Positions 12,033-24,094 of a stretch of 64,000 bases of DNA are shown piece by piece. The notes below the pieces were generated by a model, which had not been told where the DNA came from, ran no database searches, and saw only the letters and a list, made by a program, of their open reading frames with translations. The stretch comes from Eledone cirrhosa. Its lineage: Eukaryota. The stretch covers positions 297,166,001 through 297,230,000 of the forward strand of contig OZ024742.1 in assembly GCA_964016885.1 (NCBI GenBank). Direction: 5' to 3'. Position 1 is the stretch's first letter, and the number at the start of each line of letters is the position of its first letter. The position numbers were made by a program, and so were the translations under genes.

Positions 12033-13128
12033 ATGAAGAGGAAAACAATTTATCTTTTGGCTTCTGATTTGATTAATAGAAAGGACTGTAATAAGAACAG
12101 AATAGTGACAATTTCTATTTTTGCCTTTGTTGATATATTCTCATTATCACTATGGACATTACCTACTTACTTGACTTATATAAAATACATTATATATTCC
12201 TGTAATCAGATTGAGCATTACTGATTCATGATATAAAAAGATTAAAGGAAACATATATATACATTCAATATGTATGACAATCGTCTCTCCTACAACAGTA
12301 TGAAGACAGTCACTTCCTATATCAAAGAAACAATAGTCTATCTCACCAAATGTTTCAATCCATCCTCAGCATCATGGAATCTTTGACCTCTTCATCAACC
12401 CCAGGCAAGTATGAAATTGAATAAGTGAATAAGTAAATAAACAGAATTTATAATAAATATATAAATAAGTATATAAACGGAATATATAATAGACAGTAAA
12501 AAGTAATTATATATTAATCAGAAACCTATATAAGCAAGTTTACTTTTTATGCATTTTCATTTTCTATACAAAAGGCAGGTTTATATCTACCTCTGCGAGG
12601 AACTCTTCCTTTAAACTATTAGAAAACATACAATTATATCCTACCCAACTCATTACAAATAGAAGCATTATTGAGTTAAGTGTATTGAGGCAAAAACCCT
12701 ACTTCAAAAAAGATTAGAATTAAAATCCAAGTATGTAATTTTTTCTAGCCTAAGGTCAGATACAATTTTGATAAAATAAAGATTACCTCCCCTGATGATC
12801 CTTCCTTTTCAGACAGCAAATAGTTTGATAATGACAGTCAGGGAAGCTCAAGCATTGAACAAGCAGAACTGCTCTATCATCAAATTGAGTAGTGTGGTAT
12901 ATATATTGTTATAGCTATGAAGAAATACCAGTGATTCAAGGGAAAGGAATGTGGTGCTGGGATACACTTGACAATTTCCTGACTTTTTCATCACAGCTAT
13001 AATAAATATATATATATATAAATATGTGTGTGTGTGTGTGTGTAAAAGGTAAACAGAAATAACAAAGCAAACGACACAGTACATTGAAGAAATATACTAG
13101 TTTAACAATTGAAATAGCAGGAAAGGTG

Positions 13129-13164
13129 TCTTGACATTTCGGACACAAGTGCTTCATCAGAAGA
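13129..13164 (-). ncRNA. Minimal type I hammerhead, degenerate
   Basis: Minus strand: UCUU-CUGAUGA-aGCAC uugu GUCC-GAAA-UG-UC/AAGA, with one stem II mismatch and a minimal stem III. Confidence 0.55.
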
Positions 13165-13461
13165 TAGTTAGAAATAATAGAAAGATAAAGGGTGAAAAGA
13201 GGATGTAACGGGGGGGGGGGGGTAAGTGGGGTAAAACGGGGAAAAACACGCGTGCATATTCAGTCAGGAAAAAATAGGGGGGAGGGGAAATGCGTGCATA
13301 TTCAGTCAAACATTTTGGGTATTTTTTTTTTAAATGCTTGTGTATATTTCGTTGAGAATTGATACACTGTATTTTGTAAGAAGTGAATAAAGGGTTTAGT
13401 GCCTGTATATCTGCAGAGGAAATGACCTTCCAACTCGTATTGTATATATATATATATGTAT

Positions 13462-13494
<33 letters not shown>

Positions 13495-13502
13495 CATATA
13501 TC

Positions 13503-13569
13503 TAATTAGAAAGTGAACAACACAATATATAACTACTTCAATATCATTGTGTTGTTCACTTGCTAATTA
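13503..13569. repeat. 67-nt hairpin (24-bp stem, 1 mismatch)
   Basis: taattagaaagtgaacaacacaat...attgtgttgttcacttgctaatta. Confidence 0.9.
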
Positions 13570-13609
13570 AATAGCTCTGTATTATACATAAAGCACTCTT
13601 TTTTTCCTT

Positions 13610-13788
13610 TGCTTTTTCTTCGTGGTCCTTTGTCGGGCCTTGTATTTCCCACAAGGTGTCCAAATATCATCCTCCTCACATAACCAAGCTTGATGGGGTT
13701 GCCGGTTTAGTCGCCGATGACTCCGACCATGAGACAGGTTGAACTGGGTTATATGTTAGCAGAACCACTCGAGAGCAGCCTGACATAA
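13610..13788 (-). mobile_element. RTE-type 5' leader fragment (homologous to 61770-62056)
   Basis: Shares tgtcagg...taacat.ta.cccagt.caacctgt.tcatggtcgg.gtc.t.ggcgactaaac.ggcaaccccac/atc...tgaggag...ttggaca with the copy at ~62 kb. Confidence 0.6.
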
Positions 13789-14025
13789 TATATATATATA
13801 TATATTTTTGGATTTAATGCTCTGAAATAGCGATATATATGTGAAGACAAACATAGAATATTCGAAAATATTCTGTATGTTTATAATAAACATTTTGAAG
13901 ACCCAATCGCTATAGAATAGAATACGTCACGTATTACAATTTGAGATTCTCGATAAAAGCAAGGGAAGTAATCTAGGATTACATATCCAATGCTTTTATC
14001 GAGAACGACACATGTACGAGGATAT

Positions 14026-14068
14026 GTAATCCTGATGATTTCTAATAAGAATGAAACGCGTAGATTAC
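14026..14068 (+). ncRNA. Type I hammerhead ribozyme (copy 1)
   Basis: GUAAUC-CUGAUGA-uUUCU aaua AGAAu-GAAA-CGCG-UA/GAUUAC; palindromic stem III (ACGCGU); predicted cleavage after 14062. Confidence 0.85.
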
Positions 14069-14337
14069 TTCCCTTGCTTTTATCGAGAATCTCAAATTGT
14101 AATACGTGACGTATTCTATTCTATAGCGATTGGGTCTTCAAAATGTTTATTATAAACATACAGAATATTTTCGAATATTCTATGTTTGTCTTCACATATA
14201 TATCGCTATTTCAGAGCATTAAATCCAAATTCTAATTTCTGCCGGACCGGCTACCGCTCTTTCAAACCAGTTCCTGTACACAGCTAAGTATTCTATAAGT
14301 CTCTAGCTGTGTCGTTCTCGATAAAAGCATTGGATAT

Positions 14338-14380
14338 GTAATCCTGATGATTTCTAATAAGAATGAAACGCGTAGATTAC
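14338..14380 (+). ncRNA. Type I hammerhead ribozyme (copy 2) with extended stem I
   Basis: Identical to copy 1. The flanks ttctcgataaaagca and tgcttttatcgagaa add a perfect 15-bp distal stem I. Predicted cleavage after 14374. Confidence 0.85.
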
Positions 14381-14505
14381 TTCCCTTGCTTTTATCGAGA
14401 ATCTCAAATTGTAATACGTGACGTATTCTATTCTATAGCGATTGGGTCTTCAAAATGTTTATTATAAACATACAGAATATTTTCGAATATTCTATGTTTG
14501 TCTTC

Positions 14506-14536
<31 letters not shown>

Positions 14537-14538
14537 CA

Positions 14539-14576
<38 letters not shown>

Positions 14577-15235
14577 GTGTGTGTATGTGTGTGTGTGTGT
14601 GTATGTGTTTATGTATGTATGTAATGTTATATCTTTAACTTTCTGGAACCAGCTTTGTTAAAGAGTTGAATTTCTCAGATGTCTTAAAGTCTAGTCCATA
14701 TTGTTGTAAAATATCTTACAAATAGTCAATAATCAAATCAAAACAAGAAAAAATAATTCTAAAGACTCAAGATCCCATTAAATATATTGTGACATTAATT
14801 ATCATATTAAACTTTTGCGTGGTTTGTCATAAAACTGGCTGACCAAAGAAAAATTCAATTTGGAACAAATTCTCATCCTCTTGGTACTTCATTTGTATTT
14901 AGTGGTGACTAATATATAAAGTTAGAATTTCTACATCTATTATGATAGTTTTCATAGTATTCATTTGCCAGAGTTTATTGATATTTTATGAGAAATCGTG
15001 AAAGTGCAGATATAAAAACAAAAGAAGTGAAATAAGTAAATATTACAGTGGAAGAAATTCCTATGGTTAAATTTATTATCTTCATTCTCTATCAGCAGTG
15101 AATTCAAATCGAAATAACAGTTGTACAAAGCTCGCTTTTAATGATATTGTTAATAATTTATGATTCCCAGTTTCCTGAAAACCTGATATTACTAGTTATA
15201 GAAAATGTTTATGATACCCATAGCTATATATGTAT

Positions 15236-15267
<32 letters not shown>

Positions 15268-16024
15268 GTATGTACATATATATCCGTGTAACCCATGCTA
15301 GCGTGGAAGTATGGACGTAAAACGGTGATGATGATGCTGATGATGATATATATATATATAGATATATATATATATATGTCTGTATGTATATGTACATGTA
15401 TATATATATATGTGTGTGTGTGTATATATATTTGTGTATATATATATATATGTGTGTATATATGGAAAGAGCACATTGGGAATAGACATGAAATGGTGAT
15501 GAGGATGACAATACATGCATCATGCTTACATACATATGATACGTTTCCATACAGTTTCTGTCAAGCAAATTTCACTTAATGTCAATGGTCACTTTGAGGC
15601 TATAGTAGATGACACACAAGGTGCCAAGCAGTGGGACATGGTTGTAAAATCAACTTAACTACACAGCCATAACTGTGCCTATACATGTGTATATATGTTA
15701 GATGTTAATAGAAACCATAATGAAGAAATAACTTCTGATATGTTACACAACTTTCATTGGAACAAATGAAAAATAGTTTATCTTTGTCTATATTGCATTC
15801 ATATGATTTATAATATGATCTTTAAACTGGTAAATACATAGTATCAGTATATTTCTTTGGTTCATTTTCACTATAATTGTTCTGGTGATGATGGAGTAAA
15901 ATTCTATAAAATCTTTCTGTTACCAATGTGATTACCTACCCATTACTATTACCACTGTCCCTTAGATCATTATCATCATCATCTTCACTATCCTTATCAT
16001 TATTATCACTATAATCACTATAAA

Positions 16025-16220
16025 GGGCGGTGGATTGGCAGTATCGGTAGAGGGTCAGACGCCATGCTTTGCAGCATAGAGTTACGGCCCTTTATGATCT
16101 GAGTTCAAATCCCGCCGAGGTTAACTTTGCCTTTTATCCTTATGGGGTCGATAAAATAAAGTACCAGTAATGCACTGGGATAATTGCTGGCCTTGTGCCA
16201 AAAGTAGAAATAATTATTAT
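16025..16220 (+). mobile_element. tRNA-derived SINE with Deu/Nin-like core (family B)
   Basis: A box tggcagtatcgg, B box gagttcaaatccc, core ctttgccttttatcct...ggggtcgataaaataaagtaccag, (ATT)n tail. Other copies at 47625-47820, 39340-39452, 53490-53562 and 8313-8370. Confidence 0.85.
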
Positions 16221-16462
16221 CACTATAATCACTGTCATCAAATACACTCCCCACAAACAACCACCACTATCATTATCATCGCCATTAATCTACTCCCCCA
16301 CTCATCATCATCAACATCACCTACCCCCACCACCATGACGAAGATGATTTAACCAATAATATGCTTAAGCCAAGATACAATGATAATTTTACCGAATCTT
16401 TACAAAACATGCTTTTAAAAATTTATATATATATATATACTCACACACACACACACATACAC

Positions 16463-17295
16463 ACAAAGTCTGTCCAAAAAGTATACTTTAATTTATCTCT
16501 TGGTAAGGAATGACATTGGGGTAACAAAAGTAAACAAGGTAAAGCTGCATACATTTATGCACATGTGTGGATTTTGGTAAGCTTGCTTGATGCATCAGTT
16601 GTTGTCAGGCAAGCAATCTCTGATGTGCTGTACTGCATACTAGTTGTATTTTCATACTGCTGACAAAGATCTATAGTTCCTGAATATTATGATAACTGGG
16701 GATGTGATATAGGTGTATGGCTCTGACCCAGAAACCAAAGATCAGTCATCACAGTAGTAGCATCCAATGACACTAAGGCCACAAAGAAGCATGTGAGGTG
16801 TGGAACAAAATTAACGTTTTTTTATAACTGAAGCATTGAACATCACAAATATGCACCGGAATGACAAACAGTTACAAGGACGTTGTATCAGGAAGTACTC
16901 CGTTGTCTTCATGATGCAGTTTTACACAAGGTACCATATCTATGGGACTGGTAAATCTGACAGCTGCCTCATGACAATGTCTGAGCTTATTCATCACAGC
17001 TGTTCTAAGGTTTCTTGGTAAAGAAAGGCATTTCACTCATATACCAGGCTCCCTATTCTCTATTCACTACTTCTTTTGACTTCTTTGAGAGCTGAGAGGG
17101 CATTATACAAGATGCGATTGGAGATCTGAGAGCCAGTCCTGAAGAAACAGCATTTAAGATGGGCTTTGAACAGTTGAAGCATTATCGGGTTAAGTGTGTC
17201 TACTTCAAAGAGGATTAGCAATTGAATTCCTTCAAGTATGTAATTTTATCTAGCCTAATATCGGATATTTTGGATATTTTTCAACAGATTTTGTA
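16463..17295 (+). mobile_element. Decayed, internally deleted mariner element
   Basis: TIR-like ends (aaagtctgtccaaaaa ... tttcaacagatttt); remnants IMITGDV.*VYGSDPETKDQS, QAPYS and KCVYFKED. Confidence 0.65.
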
Positions 17296-17438
17296 AATAA
17301 ATTTACTTTTAGATATTAATTTTATGAAAATGTATGCAGTAAAGTATATAGAAATATCAATGCAGCATTACAAGTTTTATTGGCTATTTTATGATTAAAG
17401 CACAGATTGATCCTAGTGGTGGTTTAAATAAGGGAATT

Positions 17439-17780
17439 GGAGGCACATGGCTTAGTGGTTAGAGCATTGGCCTTGCAATCAAAAGGTTGTGAGTTCAATT
17501 CTCAGACCGGGTGATGTGTTGTTTCCTTGAGCAAGACACTTTATTTCACATTGCTCCAGTTTACTCAGCTGTAGAAATGAGATGATAGGGACTGGGGTCC
17601 CTATCATTCCACTGCAAAGTGGTTGTGGAGGTGCCACGGCAAAAAAGCACCCAGCACTCACTGTAAATGAGGTTGGTGTTAGGAAGGGCATTCATCTGTA
17701 GAAATCAAGCCAGAATCAGTTCCCGTCCCACCCTTGCAAGCAGGGAAAAGTGGACGTAAAATGAAATGATGATGAAGATG
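17439..17780 (+). mobile_element. Full-length tRNA-derived SINE, family A
   Basis: A box tggcttagtgg, B box gagttcaattc, ccttgagcaagacactt core and RTE-derived tail plus (GAT)n. Apparent TSD gaatt(gg) at 17434 and 17780. Confidence 0.9.
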
Positions 17781-18615
17781 AATTGGCTGGGCTGTAACCA
17801 GGGATCCCACAACATTTAAAGGGTCCAAAATTGATTTGTTTCTCAGAAAAAAAAATGCTTAATTTGTCTCTGCTAAAGAAATGTTTTACAGCTAAATATC
17901 CTTCCTGGTGCCAATTATTTTAGTCACTTCTTACAACATACAAAGATATGCTGGACCTGTTCTAAATCAGATACACACAACAATATACAGAATAAGCGAA
18001 TAATAAATAAAAACAATTGTCAGGTTGCACCACAAAAGAGAGTCAAAGGGAGCAATACACCAATTTACAATAAAGAAGGAAAAAGGAGAGGAACTAATCC
18101 TCAGATAAGACCAAGGAAATGATGTTGCCAGTGGTTTTATCATTGCTTATATTATCTGCTGGTGAACAACTTCTGTCAGATGAAAGGCAGGATTTAAATT
18201 CATAACACTCAAAGCTGAAATAGATACAACAAAACATCCTGTTTGACTCTACAACAATACTGCCAATACACTTTTCCTGGACTTGTAATTTATTTATCAA
18301 TCATAAAAGGATCAGAGTTGAAGTTGATCATAGCAAGATTTGAATTCAGAGCATATGAGTTAAAATAATAACCAAAGCATATAATCCAATACTGCAATGG
18401 CTCTGCCAATTCACTGCTTATAGAAGAAGTGGGGTTTTTTTCTTCTGTAATGCTCTTGTTAGTTAGTTTGAGTACATCTTAATTAGCTGTGTTTATAGTT
18501 AGTGACATTGGTAAATTTAGTTATTGCTTACAATATAAATCTAAAACTGCTCTATCACACACAAATTAAACAGCTGATATTTTTCTTCACAAATGTTTCT
18601 TTCATATATCTAGAA

Positions 18616-19996
18616 TAATCAGCTTCAAGATTCATCTAATTATTGGTTTACTTCAGAAAATACATAGAGGATACCTTTTACTCAATCCCCTTGAGAATCT
18701 AATTTTAAGTGAATCTTTTATTAGTAACTTATATTAAAATAATGTCCAAATTTAATTCAAGAAAACATTGCCTTAAATTGCATTATCATCAAATATGTAG
18801 TGTGTAATTTAGAAGCTTCATTTAAAATTCCTGGATGCTCAGTTATTTTGGAAACATGCAGAAACAAAAAGGATAGTAGAGTGTTTATTTCATTGATACG
18901 AGCACCTAATTGGCGTTTTAAGGAGCAAATCAAATGATCTCTGATTCAAGTAGAAATCCGTCCATATAATGGGAAGAAACAGCAGGAAATCATAAAACCT
19001 GCAGGCAAGTCATCTTTAAAGATTCAAATGCTTTCAAAAGTCAACAATATTTTAATGATGATCAACTATCCACTGAAAGAAGGATCAAGAGGATATAGCT
19101 ACGACATATACTTGGAATCTTATACAACATATGTGAATGGCTATTCCATAACAAACTAGATCTGTCCAATCATGGCCAACATATGCACCATGATAACAAT
19201 ACATAGCTGAATCGAGAAATAAATGCATGGAATTGAGCTGGCTTTCACATCTTGGTCAATCAAATTATTGAGATTCCCCAAATAGTTAGATCATGTTAAA
19301 TATATGCCATCAAAAGACAAATTAATGTTTAAGTTTTGTGTAAGTAGTATGCAGTGAGACTGAACTGAAAACCATGTGCTTCTTAAGGTAACTCCAAAAT
19401 CTACACAGCCATGAAGTTCAAATACTGAGCTAGAATGTTACATTTTATTTTCAACAAGATGTTTATAAAAGATATATTGACACACACACATATATATATG
19501 TGTGTGTATGTCTCAATATATCTTTCATAAACATCTTGTTGAAAAAAGAAAATTATATATATATATGTCTAGAAATATAGGAGTAGTAAAATGTACACAG
19601 ATCTAACCTCAATATACAAAATAGACAAATAATAATAAAAAAGTTAATAGATTAACCTACTGTACCACAGTAACAAATCATATGTAGCAATATACTCATC
19701 AAGAGTAATCATCTTCAAGATATACTGAATTATTGGTTTACTAAAGAAGTATTGTGGATGCATTTTATTTATTCAATGATCTTGTGTATCTAATTTAAAG
19801 TACATCTTTTATTAGTAACTTATATTGATATAGTGTTAAAAGTTAATTCTAGTAGCCATCTTTATAAATTGCATTATAATAAAATGTGTGGCGTGTATTT
19901 AGAAGCTTGCTTTAAAATTCCTGGATGCTCTGTTCTTTTGGAAGTATACACAAACAAACAAAAAAGACAGTAGTGTGCTTATTTCGTAGATACTAG
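18616..19996 (+). repeat. Diverged ~285-bp direct duplication (18616-18900 and 19706-19996)
   Basis: Shared blocks aattattggtttact, tcttttattagtaacttatatt, taaattgcattat, tttagaagctt and tttaaaattcctggatgctc in colinear order. Confidence 0.85.
19448..19545. repeat. Near-perfect fold-back centred on a CA/TA/TG microsatellite
   Basis: ttttcaacaagatgtttataaaagatatattga ... tcaatatatctttcataaacatcttgttgaaaa, one mismatch in the outer arms. Confidence 0.9.
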
Positions 19997-20524
19997 CTTA
20001 ATTAAATCATTGATATCTCCTAAATAATAAGATTATGTTAGATATGTGTCAATAAAAGCCAAAGTTAGGTTAAGTGTTGAATAGTAAATTAGATTATATG
20101 AAAATTGAATTTTGTTGAAAATTAAGAACTAAGTTATGGAAGTGACAGCAAAAACACATATACACCTTTACACTTCGGATTGTTCTAAGTTAGTTTTAGA
20201 TAAAAGACAGAATATATCATATATTAAAATTAGATTGTATGATTATGTGTGTATATTTTTGTTTATCTGTTTGGGAGACACTGGAGAGAGATAGAAACAA
20301 AGAAAGATATACAGCTGATGTAAAATTAGGAAAGTTACTTTTAGACTTTTTGTTTTTTGATATGTAAAATGTTTTATTTCATGAAAATGCTAGACAAATT
20401 AAATCACACTGTGTCATATAAATATTATGTGGGCCCAGTGAACAAAATAGTGAATGTGTTACTGAGAAGGATAGCAATAGAGTTGTGCTGAAAGGTTCAG
20501 TTAACCTCACAAAGTGGCATTTAA

Positions 20525-20745
20525 CTCTTTAGCATTTAAACCAGCCAGATCCGGCCAGAATTCTCTCACCTCTTTGTGTCAAAACTGACTGTTATAAGCG
20601 ACTCGTACTTATGTTACGATATTTTTCTCAAAATAAATAATATCAAAATTTCATAGATTCGATATTATGTGGGATAATCATGTGAAGTAAAGACTTTACC
20701 ACAAAAATATAATAGTAAATAAAGAGTAATGTAAATGCTAAAGGG
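20525..20745. mobile_element. piggyBac-type MITE
   Basis: TTAA|ctctttagcattta ... taaatgctaaaggg|TTAA: 14-bp TIR with one mismatch and a TTAA target duplication. Confidence 0.8.
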
Positions 20746-23700
20746 TTAATCATAGATTGAGAGTTACTGAAGTTGTTCTATTACCAAGTTAAAATGGGAA
20801 AGGAAGGAGTGAATGTCATTGAAGCAATGAATTCTGCTGAATGATATCACAAGTAGCAACAACATTATGGTATGTTGGATTTTTGCCTCTGTTATATTGC
20901 ATCATTATTGTCAAGACAAGGTAATGTTTGCTTTTGGCCTGGCTCCCCCACCCCAACCAAGTTGTCGAGAAGGCTCTTCAGTTAATCAAATAGCTGACAA
21001 CTTCCCTAGGGCTGGTGCTATGATAAAATGAACCCAGTACTCTCAGTAAATTTATTGATGCTATGAAGGGCATCCAGCCACAGAAACCATTCTAAAACTG
21101 GAACGTAAGTGAGATGTGTCTTTCCCCTGCCCATCTAGGAGGACAGTAGCACTGCTTAAGTAATGACTTGGCTTGTGATAGCCTGTCCAAACCATGTCAG
21201 CATAGAAGAACAAACTTTAAATGATTATGATAATGAATGTTGAAATGGTTAATGCACAAAAAATAAATGAATAGATTTAATATTAAAAACATACTATTAA
21301 ACCTTTGTCAACAAAACTATGTAACAACCCTATAAATTGAGTGTTTTAACCTTTTGTTATTATATTTCTAATGAAACACATTATCAATGTGTTTCAATTT
21401 ATTTAAAAAATAATCAAGAATGTTTTGGAGTTTGGTAAAATAACTAACCTCTCCATTATCAAGTTTGTGTTTGGAACATAATTTAACAAAAAGGGTTTTA
21501 TACCAGTAACCAACTAGTCTGGGCTTATTAACAGTTTGAGTGCGATACTTACATTTTACAATCTGCATGGACCTATTACCAGCTTTAGGAACTACTTTTC
21601 ATATCTGGCTTGGGTCTATTGTTAGCTTTGTAGAACTATATTTCACATTTGACCTAGGCATATTAATAGTTTTGGAAGCTTTTACAAATGGTCTAAGTAT
21701 TTTGCAGACTTTTTAGGCATGTCCTGCACACATCTGAAAATTCTGAGTTAGCACCAAACATTGAAGCAAAATTATATATTTTGTATTCATAAATTTGTTT
21801 AATTTATTTTCTGTTTTGTGCCATAATATACTTAACGTAAGCTTGTTACCTGTCAGGCTTACACTGCAAGTTTACAACATGAAACTTAGATTTTTCCATC
21901 ATATAATAAAAATATAAAATCATAACCTATTTTATATATCATTATTGATTAATATTTCAGACATTCTATCAAAGAAAAACAAATATTTTGCCTGCAAAAA
22001 ATATTAACTTTATCATCATCATCTTCAACATCATCATCAACAGCCTCATTATCACTTTACATCTCTTTTACCATGCTGGCCTGTGTTTAGAGATTTTACA
22101 TGTGTCTGTTCGATATGTTGCTGTAAGATACTTTACAGCCATTTTGAAATATTAACAGTTGCATGCTTTTGTTTTGAAAAACTTAATAGTTATATCCATG
22201 TCCTCCACTGACCTGGAGTCAGAAAGTCATCCATATTTCTGAAGCTAATATATTAATGAACGTTGTTACTCAATAGACAGGCTTCAGTGGCTGTAGCAAT
22301 ATCTAAACCAATGTCTTTACTATAAATAATCTCATCCTATCAAGTTTCTTTTTTTGCGCAGGGGGGTTATAGTCCCCACAATGCAGATAACTATAATAAC
22401 AGTTGATAACTGTAAATAATAGTTGAATGAATTAGATCAGGTAACATTGGAGATGGAAAAAGGTGGACAGTAACAACTGCAGAGAATTGAACCACACATC
22501 ATTCATATGCCTACACCTGTCATAGGTTTAGCTAGCAGCCAATGAGATACAATGTCGTGGGATTTTTATTCTGTGTTTTAATAGTAGGGGCTCCAGTCTT
22601 ATTATATCACCATTTTTTCATTAACAGGAGGCAGGATGTGAACTCAACACACACAGAGCAAGGACAGATATTGCAATGTATACTGTATGCTGCTCCAAAC
22701 ATTTTACCAAAACTCCACTGTTCTGGATAATTACTTTGTTTATTGGCCACAAAACAATAAAAGACAAAATTGATCTCAACAAGATTTGAACTGAGAGCAC
22801 AGAGAGCTGGGACAAATACTGCTGGTGCTCCACCAACTCTTCAAATTCGATACTATCAAACTAATCATGATTACTATAACTTATTTAACATTAAGCATTA
22901 TATAAGGAACTTTTGATTAATAAAGGCAGGTTCTTTATAAGTTGATTTAATCTAAATTCCAGGTACTAACTTCAGTTCAGACAATTCATATGTTCTACTG
23001 AGAACATAAAAGTTGTTAAGCATTTCTTCATAACATTGCTAATATTTAAGTGTTTAATGTCAAGAAAATGTCATCTGTTTTATTTATTGTTTCAAAGTGA
23101 GCATTATATAAGTATGTTATAAGGAACTACAATAGTTGAATGGATCCAGACTATCACCTGAACAATTTCTTACTTATTTGCTAAGACTGGAGGATGGAAT
23201 CATGTACAGGGCTTTTGCAGACTTACTGAGAATATCCTCCTCCTAATTGTCATAATTATCGTCAACATAATGGTCAGTGATTTTATGTTTATTTTTCCAG
23301 ACTGGAATGGGTTGGATGAGAATTCTTGAAGCAGTTTATCTATGGTGCAATGCTGATTCTGATTACAGCGCATACTTTATTTTATAATTATTGCATATAC
23401 TGGTCATCTTCATCGAAAATTAACCTGTTGAAAGTATTGTATAGGTAAGACATAAGTAAATGTCCTTAGCATTGATATGACGATGTAGGCAGTAAACTGA
23501 GACACACATACAAACACACACACATATGAATATATACTCATGTAACTGTCTAATTTTTAGGTTATTGTTTAGTTTGAATTAAGTAGGAGGTTTGTTTTGA
23601 TGCTCATCATAACATAATAGTATAAAAAAATTAATTTCCTCATCATGATATTTATGTCCAGAATAATATTTTGATTCACAAATTCTGATCCATTGTTCAT

Positions 23701-24094
23701 GAAAAAGTAGAGATACATGGCAGAATACAAATGTTTTGGATCAAAAGAGGGGGATCAACATTTATGAGTATATACAGTATATATACATTCAATGGGCTTC
23801 CTTAAAATCTCTATCTACAAAATTTATTCACAAGTCATTGGTCAGTAAAAGACACTTGTCCAACGTGATATGGAACCCAAAACTAATGTTCCTGCAAAGC
23901 AAACCTCTTGATCACACATCCATGCCAGCACCTATACAATATCAGATACGTACAACACAGTTGTATCTATGATAAAAAAAAATAATAAAGCGATAGTAAA
24001 ATAAATGAATCAGTTATAAAGAATCAGATTACTTTGTTTACGGTCCAAAGTATTTGACAATATAATAAAAATAATAATGAAAATTATTGTGTAC

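Larger units (their letters stand above)
13807..14506 (+). mobile_element. Retrozyme-like / Penelope-dependent non-autonomous element: inverted partial copy plus ~1.5 tandem copies of a 312-bp hammerhead unit
   Basis: Direct repeat with a 312-bp period (CTGATGA at 14032 and 14344). 13807-14011 is the reverse complement of part of the unit. Embedded in (TA)n; no meaningful ORF. Confidence 0.8.

Noticed and set aside
12785-12830. CTGATGA as a hammerhead core (also 52579+, 26964-, 27933-)
   Set aside because: No stem II-GAAA-NUH arrangement follows these sites.
17439-17515. tRNA gene
   Set aside because: A and B boxes are present, but the sequence continues into a SINE body and recurs in several copies; it is a SINE head.
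21346-21500. Second piggyBac-type MITE
   Set aside because: The termini (ttaaccttttgtta / taacaaaaagggtttta) are suggestive, but the right TTAA is not intact, so support is insufficient.
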